Origin: an uncultured archaeon
GTDB lineage: Archaea; Asgardarchaeota; Hermodarchaeia; Hermodarchaeales; Hermodarchaeaceae
Direction: 5' to 3'
DNA length: 11,602 nt
Assembly (NCBI GenBank): GCA_964347045.1
Contig: CAYFXC010000012.1
Location: forward strand, 31,819-43,420
Position numbers and translations under genes: made by a program. Positions 1 to 7,277 of this stretch are shown one piece after another (the stretch's first letter is position 1; each line of letters begins with the position of its first letter). Below the pieces are notes generated by a model that saw nothing but the letters and a program-made list of their open reading frames with translations, had not been told where the DNA came from and ran no database searches.

Positions 1-365
1 ATGCCGATTGGATCGAAGCCACTCCCTCCTGACATAAGAAGTGGAATAACCATCGCGATAATCCCAATAATTAGCATTAGGAAGGTTAGTGTGAATATAA
101 CAATGGCAACTGGAATGGCACCCCAGAGGCTTCGTACAAATAATCCAGTAATGAAACCGATTATCGCCCAAATAACGATGTTTGTTGTGAAGTTGAGGGG
201 GTTGGCGAAAATAAGGAACAGGTACATTAGGAAAAAGCGTAGCCAAGGGCCAAAGTAGGGTGCAAGCCATAAAATGATGTTATTGTATTCTACGGGAATC
301 ATGGCAAAGGCTATTGAGATGGTGAGTAGAAAGCCGACTGACAGTCCGATTAATTTTCGTCCCAT
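1..365 (-). CDS. Multi-pass membrane protein of unknown function (5' part only; runs off the left edge)
   Basis: Manual translation from ATG at 365: MGRKLIGLSVGFLLTISIAFAMIPVEYNNIILWLAPYFGPWLRFFLMYLFLIFANPLNFTTNIVIWAIIGFITGLFVRSLWGAIPVAIVIFTLTFLMLIIGIIAMVIPLLMSGGSGFDPIG..., open to the window edge with about 4 hydrophobic segments. It is absent from the ORF track because there is no stop in the window. The + ORF 1..258 is its antisense shadow. Confidence 0.85.
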   Translation of the reverse strand, partial: MGRKLIGLSVGFLLTISIAFAMIPVEYNNIILWLAPYFGPWLRFFLMYLFLIFANPLNFTTNIVIWAIIGFITGLFVRSLWGAIPVAIVIFTLTFLMLIIGIIAMVIPLLMSGGSGFDPIG

Positions 366-619
366 AATTCTACATCCTTACCAGTTTTGTGTTGATTTGG
401 TTCTCCAAAAACACGCCTATTAAGGCTACGGTATTTGTGTAAGAACGGTTATAGTACTGTGGAAAGCTAATTTAGCAGCGTCATCGTGGCGCGAATATAA
501 AGTAACACCAAAAACATTAATGTCCTAACAGAAAAAGCAGTGGCTCACGGTATTTGCACAGTAGAATTCATTATTGGAACTGTAAACAGGAGTACAAACA
601 GCCAGCTTGGCAGGTCTAA

Positions 620-1000
620 CTACGCAGCTTCTTCTTCTGCAACGATTCCTCCGATGAGAACGAAGAGTCCACCAATGGTCATGATGGAAAGGATTCCCAA
701 GATGATGAGCCCAGCGCGGTAACTACTAGGTTTGTCTCGCCACATGAGCGGTAAAACCCCGAACAGTATACCTAAAATACCAACCACAATTATGAATCCA
801 CCCATCATCGGGTAGTAGAACATTGGCATGTGATCCATCATCCAAGGACCCATCATCATCCAAGGACCCATCATCCATCCGAAGCCTCCGAAGCCTAGGA
901 AGAAGGATATGACGAAGATGGAGACCATTCCTATTGCAAGGATTAGGTTAATGAGACCACCGATTAGAACAAGCGATCGTGCCGTATCTTCTGAAGTCAT
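620..1000 (-). CDS. Small membrane protein (3-4 TM segments) with a Met-rich loop; possible Cu(I)/Ag(I)-binding protein
   Basis: 126 aa with hydrophobic segments flanking WMMGPWMMMGPWMMDHMPMFYYPMMGG (11 Met). AAGGAG RBS at 1010-1015 and TATA-like TTTTAATA at 1063-1070. Metal binding is an inference. Confidence 0.85.
   Translation of the reverse strand: MTSEDTARSLVLIGGLINLILAIGMVSIFVISFFLGFGGFGWMMGPWMMMGPWMMDHMPMFYYPMMGGFIIVVGILGILFGVLPLMWRDKPSSYRAGLIILGILSIMTIGGLFVLIGGIVAEEEAA
836..896. repeat. In-frame tandem duplications inside the Met-rich gene
   Basis: CATCATCCAAGGACCCAT x2 (836-853, 854-871) plus a partial third copy, encoding the MGPWMM repeat. CCGAAGCCT x2 (879-887, 888-896), encoding GFG-GFG. 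Confidence 0.9.
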
Positions 1001-1009
1001 TTCTTAAAA

Positions 1010-1070
1010 CTCCTTTTGATTGTTTTTCTGGCAAAATTGACAGCTTGCTCGCCCCATGATTGTATTAAAA
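1010..1070 (-). promoter_or_regulatory. TATA-like box and Shine-Dalgarno of the Met-rich membrane protein gene
   Basis: Minus strand: an A-rich stretch followed by TTTTAATA (1070-1063), and AAGGAG (1015-1010) 9 nt before the ATG. Confidence 0.5.
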
Positions 1071-1456
1071 TTTTTTTAATTTTCCAATCCTGAGCGGCCC
1101 GAGATTTTAAGGGTGAGTAACTCTTGAAAAACGACCTGATCGACTCGGGACCATATGAGTTTCATTTGATGGACTTGGATGTGTATCCCGTCAAAAACAT
1201 CTGGACTGACCAAGTGAATTTGCGGTTCGTCTCGTCACATATCCAATTCTTTGAAACAAAGTTTTTCAGATATTCCCATTGGTCTTGATTCATTCTTTCT
1301 CATATCCGTTATCTCTTTGCGATGGTCGTTCACAATTCCACCAATGGGAACTGTCCCATTCTATTGTTTTGGGAGAAAATAACCGTTCTTCCTGAGGACT
1401 GGTTATTAAGGTTTCTTGCCGACAAAATCCCCAATATAAACCAGTACGTTAATCTC

Positions 1457-1483
1457 AATAAAATTGTAAAAAAGGAACGAAAA
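1457..1483 (-). terminator. U-rich archaeal terminator after eL41
   Basis: The minus strand reads TTTTCGTTCCTTTTTTACAATTTTATT immediately after the TAG, with T6 at 1473-1468. Confidence 0.55.
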
Positions 1484-1552
1484 CTATTTCTGCTTTTTAC
1501 GGCGTTTTCGCCGGATTTTTCGTGCACGTTTTTTCTTCCACTTCTTTCGCAT
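1484..1552 (-). CDS. rpl41e: Ribosomal protein eL41 (L41e, also called eS32)
   Basis: Manual translation MRKKWKKKRARKIRRKRRKKQK* (22 aa). It aligns without gaps to human eL41 as I recall it ([25 protein letters not shown]), with 13/22 identities including MRxKWxKKR and RKRRK. GGTGA RBS at 1560-1556 and a U-rich terminator downstream. Confidence 0.93.
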   Translation of the reverse strand: MRKKWKKKRARKIRRKRRKKQK

Positions 1553-1618
1553 ATCTCACCAGCCCAGATACGAGTGATTCTGTTGTCAAACTAGGTCTTC
1601 AGCAATAAAAATGATATG

Positions 1619-1665
1619 AGATAAGCATTTATCTTAATCGAAATATTGGGCAATAATATTAAGAT
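1619..1665. promoter_or_regulatory. Palindromes upstream of eL41 (possible operator)
   Basis: AGATAA-N4-TTATCT (1619-1634) and ATCTTAAT-N19-ATTAAGAT (1631-1665), just upstream of a TATA-like TTTTATTG on the minus strand (~1610-1603). Confidence 0.3.
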
Positions 1666-1753
1666 GAGCCCCTACCTCATCCATTAAATTATGACCAACG
1701 AGTTGAGCTCTTGAGTTAGGTTCGGGATTTTCTAGTTTCGCTCGTTTCGTCAT
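1634..1753 (-). CDS. Putative 39-aa small protein downstream of the TPR-nitrilase gene
   Basis: MTKRAKLENPEPNSRAQLVGHNLMDEVGAHLNIIAQYFD*. The ATG at 1753 is 28 nt after the TPR-gene stop, with AGGAG at 1769-1765. No recognisable family. Confidence 0.3.
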   Translation of the reverse strand: MTKRAKLENPEPNSRAQLVGHNLMDEVGAHLNIIAQYFD

Positions 1754-1781
1754 AATTCCTAGAACTCCTAAATTTTTGGTC

Positions 1782-4466
1782 CTATCGTGTGCTTTGAATA
1801 AAAGATCGTGTCTTATTTTGTTTGCGTTCCCATTCCTTCCGAGCAGATCGCAATTCGAACAAATTGATATCTTTGTAAATGATGTCTTGTTTACCCGGAG
1901 GGACGGTTCTTTCTGCTCGTTCTTTTTCAGGTGTGTAAATAAGTGAGTCACCAAATTCAGCTACATTAACGAAGAAGCTGTATGCGTAGATGGAGCGGCG
2001 AGCATCAAAATGAGTGGCTTTGAAATCAGCGGTAACTGGTGTGAAGGCTGGATTGATAATGACATCAATGGGAGGTTCGTGGTTCTTTAATTCCACACGT
2101 AGATCCATATCCAGGAAGTCACGACAGATGATTATGGCAATTCGCCCATATTCGGTATTAGCTACGGTTATTTGTGTTGGTGATGTATCGGCGACTATTC
2201 CTTCAATTATGCGCTGTTTCTGGAAATGAATTGTTGCCGGAATGCGCTTCGTTTGTTGCCAGAGAATACCTTTTGGGGAAATTATTGTACTAATGTTCTG
2301 TCTCGTGTCAAGGTTGTGATATGACCCAGGAATAATGTACATATTATAGGTCATTGCTAATGCTAAAACAGAGTCTAGTAGTGCCTTGGAATTAAGATCA
2401 ATTGTGAGTTCAGGGAATGCCAGAATTTTGATATCGTATGTTGAAGCTGTTTTCACCATTTTTTGTAGTGTGGTTTGAATTTCAGGAATTTTGTTCTCAC
2501 GAAGTCTGAAAAGACCCGGTAAATCCTCTTGGTAGAATTCGCTAAGGATGTCACCAGTTTGTGATAGCCCAATCTGTGCTATACCAATCCTGAAGTTCGA
2601 CTGCTCGTGTTGATGATTTTCTCTCAATAAATCAAGGTAAACTAATTTGTATTTTTTCTCAGATTCCGGTCGAATTATTCCTTTCTCGTCCATCAGATCA
2701 GTGACGGTCTCCTGTATCATTCGCTCAAGTAGGTCATCGAGTTTGGTGAGTGCTATCATTTCTTGTTTTGTAGGATTCTCTTTGATAATGGAAGCCCATT
2801 TTTGCATTTGCATATCGAGGATGTTTCTTTCTTCTAATAGAGTTTTGGCTAGTTTTTCTAATCCTGTCTCATCCGCGATTGCTTGTGCTTGTGTGAGTAA
2901 CTTGTTTGCCTTGCCCATGTCCATTTCGACTAGAGCAAGCTTTGATTGAAGTAAGTAGGTTTCAACTAGCAAGGAGTGAGAAGACTGTTGCTTTGCGATT
3001 AATAAGAGTCGATTTGTAAGTTCTGATATATCACCAATCAGTTCAGCTTCACCTGTTAATTTGAGTTCAGATAACAGTAAATCGCAAAGATGGATCATTG
3101 CCGTAACAGTCAGAGAATGATCCACTACATCTTCTGCAACAACTTCTTCAAGAATTTCTGCTGCTTTAAGCTTCTGACGGGTCCGTTTACCTGTTTTTAG
3201 AACTAGGGCTTGGGCTATCCGGAATCGTTGATTGATGATTCGATTATTAGCACGAACATTGATTGTTTTGAGTTGTTGAAGAGATTTGTCAACTAGAGGT
3301 GAATCTCGTCTTTCTAAAGCAATCCACACTAGCTCCAACAATACAACAGCTTTTAGGTATTCATTTCCAAGTTTATCAAAGATCTCAAGGCTTAGTTGAT
3401 AATATTTTTGGGCTTGCCTATAATCACCCTTCTTCCGATACACTCCACCCACATTGGACAACAACAAGCCGGTATATTCTTTTATTCCCAATTTTTCGTA
3501 AATTGCCAAACTCTTTTGAAAACACTCGAGGGCTTGATCCAAATATCCTTTCAATTCGTAAATATTTCCAAGATTGTTGATTGCCAGAGCGACATTTCTT
3601 TGGATTCCTGTCTTTTTAGCAATCTCTAAGCTTTGCTGATAGTAGTTTTGAGCCTCTGTGAGGTCTCCCTTTAACTGAAACACTGAACCCAAGTTAATGA
3701 GAGACAAGAAAATATCACGTTTGAGACCATATTCCTGTCGGATAGTTAGACTTTGTTGTTGATATTCAAGGGCTTTCCCAAGATCACCGGTTCTTACATA
3801 ACAATTGCCAAGGTTGGAAAAGATAGTCGCAGTCCTTCGTCTATTACCAATTTTTTTGTTAGCTTCGAGTGCTTTTTGAAAGAACTTTATCGCTTGATCA
3901 TTATCTCCCTTCGACCAATATACAAGCCCTAAATTGTTTAATGATCGGCCGATACCTTCTTTATCTTTCAAGGCTTCTTTGAATTTAAGGCTGTTTTTGT
4001 GGTAGTCTATGGCAATATCAAGGTCGCCTTGATACCAGTAGACAATGCCACCATTATGGAAAAGATCTCCCCTTCGTCGGGCGATTTCCATCTCTAATTC
4101 CTTATCAATACCATCTAAAAGTTTGAAACCAGTTTCTATTGATTCAAGAGCTTTATCCATGTTTTCTGAGCGCCAATAAATCTCCGCCTGAAAAATCAGA
4201 ATGTCAACTTTAAACAAGGGATTAGCAGTTACTAATTGAGATTCCTCGAGTTCATCAATTATTGAATGAGCTTGGTTTAGTTTTCCAAGATCGAGTTGCA
4301 GTCTACATTCAAGTAATTTATACGAAAATTTGTCCTTCGGAGATAGTTTTTCAATGGCAATAGAGCGCATTTGCTTTAATGCGTCTTTATATTCACCTTT
4401 CTCTCTTAATTGATTAATTGACGATAAATGCTTCCTAATCGTCTTTGACAAAGTCGATTCTTCCAC
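1782..4466 (-). CDS. TPR-repeat protein fused to a C-terminal carbon-nitrogen hydrolase (nitrilase superfamily) domain
   Basis: GTG start. About 6-7 TPRs with a 40-aa period (e.g. GRSLNNLGLVYWSKGDNDQAIKFFQKAL, ALAINNLGNIYELKGYLDQALECFQKSL; nt ~3330-4075), then a helical block, then from aa ~625 the nitrilase fold: FRIGIAQ, ILAFPE (E686), NISTIISPKG, QTK (K740), GRIAIIICRD (C781), DVIINPA, FVN..GDS. Confidence 0.92.
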   Translation of the reverse strand: MEESTLSKTIRKHLSSINQLREKGEYKDALKQMRSIAIEKLSPKDKFSYKLLECRLQLDLGKLNQAHSIIDELEESQLVTANPLFKVDILIFQAEIYWRSENMDKALESIETGFKLLDGIDKELEMEIARRRGDLFHNGGIVYWYQGDLDIAIDYHKNSLKFKEALKDKEGIGRSLNNLGLVYWSKGDNDQAIKFFQKALEANKKIGNRRRTATIFSNLGNCYVRTGDLGKALEYQQQSLTIRQEYGLKRDIFLSLINLGSVFQLKGDLTEAQNYYQQSLEIAKKTGIQRNVALAINNLGNIYELKGYLDQALECFQKSLAIYEKLGIKEYTGLLLSNVGGVYRKKGDYRQAQKYYQLSLEIFDKLGNEYLKAVVLLELVWIALERRDSPLVDKSLQQLKTINVRANNRIINQRFRIAQALVLKTGKRTRQKLKAAEILEEVVAEDVVDHSLTVTAMIHLCDLLLSELKLTGEAELIGDISELTNRLLLIAKQQSSHSLLVETYLLQSKLALVEMDMGKANKLLTQAQAIADETGLEKLAKTLLEERNILDMQMQKWASIIKENPTKQEMIALTKLDDLLERMIQETVTDLMDEKGIIRPESEKKYKLVYLDLLRENHQHEQSNFRIGIAQIGLSQTGDILSEFYQEDLPGLFRLRENKIPEIQTTLQKMVKTASTYDIKILAFPELTIDLNSKALLDSVLALAMTYNMYIIPGSYHNLDTRQNISTIISPKGILWQQTKRIPATIHFQKQRIIEGIVADTSPTQITVANTEYGRIAIIICRDFLDMDLRVELKNHEPPIDVIINPAFTPVTADFKATHFDARRSIYAYSFFVNVAEFGDSLIYTPEKERAERTVPPGKQDIIYKDINLFELRSARKEWERKQNKTRSFIQSTR

Positions 4467-4663
4467 ACAGATGAGTTATTTGAACCCTATTCACAGGGAA
4501 TCTTATAATTGTTTGAATTGGAACAATATTTGAAATCAGTATCTCGAATAATGATTCATGCCCAGTTCCCTATTCAATCAATTGGTAAACTCGTCAACTT
4601 TTAGAGCAGCTAAATTAGGTAATCTTTCTCGATTAGTTATGAACTTGATTAGGAGTATGTCAA

Positions 4664-5661
4664 TTGCCAAATATTTGGAAACCTGAAATGCCTCAAATAA
4701 AAAGGGGAAAGCCAAATCACTTCGGGGGATGGTACTATAAGAACGTAGATGCCAATGAAGAAAATGCAATTGCGATTATTCCAAGTGTCTCTTTTGGAAA
4801 GAATCAGGAGGAGAGTCATTCATTTGTACAAGTCTTTGATGCGATAAACTTAGATTCATATTACTTTACATTCCCCATTATTGAATTCAATAGCAATCGC
4901 AAACAATTTGAAATTTCTATACAAGAAAATGAATTCCGGTTAAATGGTGCTAGTCTAAATCTAGATGATGGTAAAAACAAAATATCTGGTTCTCTTAAAT
5001 TTGGAGAACCAATTCCATGGCCAGTTCGACTCTTCAACCCTGGAGCTATGGGGCCATTTCGTTTTGTTCCAAGAATGCAAACTCAACATGGTATCCTTAG
5101 CTTTGATCATGACATTCAAGGAAAATCAAAATCAATCAACGTGTGATTGATTTCTCAAATGGCCGTGGTTACATCGAAAAGGATTGGGGTAAAGAATTTC
5201 CTTGTACTTGGATTTGGATGCAATCCAACCATTTTGACTTTCATGGCATTTCCTTCACCGCATCAATTGCGAATATTCCGTGGATAAAGTGATCATTCAC
5301 TGGATATCTAATCGGTCTCTTCTATAATGGAAAGGTGCACAGATTCACCACTTATACAAGAGCAAAACTTTCTGCTCTCCAAGTTTCTGATCATGCTGTG
5401 ACCTTTACTATTCAAGATAAGCGATTCTTAATTGAGGTTAATGCACAACGTTCGCACGGAGCTATGCTTCGATCTCCAGTGGAGGGCTTGATGACGGGAC
5501 GGATAATAGAGGGTCTCGATAGTAGTATTCATGTTCTATTCTATTCATTAGGCAAATCCAAAAAAGAACTCATCTTTGAAGGTATGGGTAGAAATGCTGG
5601 TCTTGAGGTTGTCGGTGACTTCTCCAAGATAGGAGCAGTTGAGGTTCAGACGATTTATTAA
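4664..5661 (+). pseudogene. Tocopherol cyclase family protein, disrupted
   Basis: TTG start with AGGAG at 4651-4655. Motifs FxGWYYK, MGPF.F.P.M...HG, GRGYIEKDWG..FP..WIWMQSNHF, SIANIPW and GRNAGLEVVG are spread over two frames. A 1-nt deletion in the A-run at 5122-5125 shifts the frame (adding one A restores QG-KIKINQRVIDFSNGRGY). There is an in-frame TGA at 5290-5292 (IPWIK*SFTG). ORFs 4664-5146 and 5335-5661 are fragments of this one gene. Confidence 0.88.
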
Positions 5662-5664
5662 AAG

Positions 5665-5672
5665 TATTAAAA
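5665..5672 (+). promoter_or_regulatory. TATA-like box for a probably leaderless DUF362 transcript
   Basis: TATTAAAA about 28-35 nt upstream of ATG 5700, with no SD in between. Confidence 0.4.
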
Positions 5673-5699
5673 AAGTACGCAGCAGATTTCTTCTTTAAC

Positions 5700-6491
5700 A
5701 TGGAATTAGTTGCCCTAGTCAATGCTGATCATGATTTCGTTACGATACTTAAAAAGGGACTCAATTTAATCGGTAGTTTTGGACAGTTAAAATCCCCTGT
5801 GATAATCAAACCAAACATTTGCACGATTTCTGATAACACTGGTTATTCTGTAACGCATGCTATGGTGGTAGAAGCACTTCTTGAATTACTTTTTCAACAA
5901 AATCCTAACCTTTCTGTAAGAATTGTTGAATCTGATTCCCAAAGTAAATGGGCAAATGAAGCTTTTACAAAATATGGGTATACTGATCTTACTACAAGAT
6001 TTCAGAACAAAAAGTATGATGTGGATTTAGTAAATCTGAGTGAAAGAAAAACCGAACTTGTACTTTTCGAGGGTGATTATTTTCAGAATCCTGAACTTCC
6101 CGATGTTCTAGTGAATCCTGGATATGTTATTTCTGTGGCGCAGGCAAAAACCCATTACCTAACATCGATTACTGGTGTATTGAAGAACCTCTTTGGGCTC
6201 CTTCCACGCAAGAACCAGAATTATTATCACCCCAATATCCATGAAGTCATTAGTGATTTGAACAGAATCATTCCAACTAGTCTTGCTGTAGTGGATGCCC
6301 GAGTGGGTGTCAAAGGATGGAACGGACCCAAAACGACTCCTCTTAACAAATTTATTTTAGGGCATCACCCGGTTTCAGTTGATGCGGTACTTGCGCAATT
6401 AATGAAATTAGAACCTGAAGAAATTCAGCATTTATTACAATGTCATAAATATGGACTTGGAACATTATCTCCACAAATCCTTGGTGACTAA
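5700..6491 (+). CDS. DUF362 domain-containing protein (no C-terminal ferredoxin module)
   Basis: Family motifs VIIKPN, VTH..VVEAL, IVES, SVAQAKTH...ITGVLKNLFG, VVDA, HPVSVDAVLAQLM and GLG....I.GD. Confidence 0.9.
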   Translation: MELVALVNADHDFVTILKKGLNLIGSFGQLKSPVIIKPNICTISDNTGYSVTHAMVVEALLELLFQQNPNLSVRIVESDSQSKWANEAFTKYGYTDLTTRFQNKKYDVDLVNLSERKTELVLFEGDYFQNPELPDVLVNPGYVISVAQAKTHYLTSITGVLKNLFGLLPRKNQNYYHPNIHEVISDLNRIIPTSLAVVDARVGVKGWNGPKTTPLNKFILGHHPVSVDAVLAQLMKLEPEEIQHLLQCHKYGLGTLSPQILGD

Positions 6492-6996
6492 GGAAGCGAA
6501 AGAATTGAAGGAAAGTAGCCATCGACAGGTGTACACGGAACTCACATTCTATCTCTGGAGAGTTCGATGGAAATCCAATGACGAATGGTTCCCAAGAATC
6601 ATGATTAATGGTTCAAAGAACGCATTATCCGTAATGTATGATGCTATTCAATCGATGCGTGAAGATTTCAGGACCTATGGAAAAAGTACACGTAAATTTT
6701 TATGTAACCCACCTGAGGACATAGATGTTATCAGATACGCAAAGGAAAACAATGCAGAAATTGAATGGCAAATTTGGCTTATTCTGCGAATGGAACCAGA
6801 CGTTTATAATGACTCATCCTATGAACTAAAAAACAAAGCCGTCACACTTCGATTAAATGATCAAATGGCTGAGAAACTTCTACAAACACTTGATGCTTAT
6901 CGTGAATCAATAACTCCCATTGGAATGGGATTAGCAACTCTCGGAGGTCTGTTTTTTACAAATGATTGGTTAGGCATTCAACAAAAGTCGAATTAG
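6484..6996 (+). CDS. Hypothetical protein, probably translationally coupled to DUF362
   Basis: Open frame 6451-6996 with globular alpha/beta-like composition. The GTG at 6484 overlaps the DUF362 stop by 8 nt, which is more plausible than the ATG at 6451 (41-nt overlap). The start is uncertain. Confidence 0.7.
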   Translation: MTKEAKELKESSHRQVYTELTFYLWRVRWKSNDEWFPRIMINGSKNALSVMYDAIQSMREDFRTYGKSTRKFLCNPPEDIDVIRYAKENNAEIEWQIWLILRMEPDVYNDSSYELKNKAVTLRLNDQMAEKLLQTLDAYRESITPIGMGLATLGGLFFTNDWLGIQQKSN

Positions 6997-7060
6997 AACC
7001 ACCAAGAGGTAGTTTAGCGGAACAAATAGACATAGTAAAAAATAAAGAAAGGAACGAGAA
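6997..7060 (-). terminator. U-tract and small hairpin after the acidic micropeptide (convergent intergenic region)
   Basis: Minus strand TTCCTTTCTTTATTTTTT after the TAA at 7066, then AACTACC-TCTT-GGTGGTT (7014-6997; 7-bp stem with one G-U pair on the minus strand). Confidence 0.5.
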
Positions 7061-7065
7061 GGCTG

Positions 7066-7149
7066 TTACCAGTCCTCCTCGTCCTCATCCTTGTATTCTT
7101 CTTCCCATTCTTCCTCGTCATTTTCTGGTGGATATTTAGGAGGTAACAT
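7066..7149 (-). CDS. 27-aa Pro-rich/Trp-acidic micropeptide
   Basis: MLPPKYPPENDEEEWEEEYKDEDEEDW*, with 14 Asp/Glu and 2 Lys. Strong archaeal SD GAGGTGA (7161-7155) 5 nt before the ATG, and a U-rich terminator after the stop. Confidence 0.75.
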   Translation of the reverse strand: MLPPKYPPENDEEEWEEEYKDEDEEDW

Positions 7150-7277
7150 GTTTTTCACCTCATTTGATTCGTCATGACGTTGTTCGACAGCTAACCAGTC
7201 AACCTCCACCCATCCAGAGTTACTTACGTACCATTCTTGTTCTTTGAGTATAGGTCTAGTCTGTTTGGGAAAGTTCT

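Noticed and set aside
1-722. + strand ORFs 1..258 and 540..722
   Set aside because: Antisense shadows of the two minus-strand membrane protein genes.
1021-1440. RNase P RNA, SRP RNA, tRNA, C/D sRNA or group II intron in the spacer
   Set aside because: Diagnostic motifs were not found: no GAGGAAAGUCC-type P4, SRP helix 8, T-loop cloverleaf, canonical RUGAUGA box or domain V.
1124-1594. + strand frame open from 1124 to 1594 except for one TGA (includes ORF 1322..1594), and minus ORF 1330..1527
   Set aside because: Both overlap the far better supported eL41 gene and show no recognisable motifs.
1754-1954. 5' extension of ORF 1634..1954
   Set aside because: Overlaps the nitrilase domain in another frame. 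Only the part from ATG 1753 is plausible.
2014-3629. + strand ORFs inside the TPR-nitrilase gene
   Set aside because: Antisense shadows of a well-supported long CDS.
4485-4576. CCCTATTCA direct repeat and a 6-bp inverted repeat in the divergent promoter region
   Set aside because: Too short to distinguish from chance in AT-rich DNA.
4578-5150. ORFs 4578..4769 (-) and 4965..5150 (+)
   Set aside because: Alternative-frame overlaps of the tocopherol cyclase pseudogene with no independent support.
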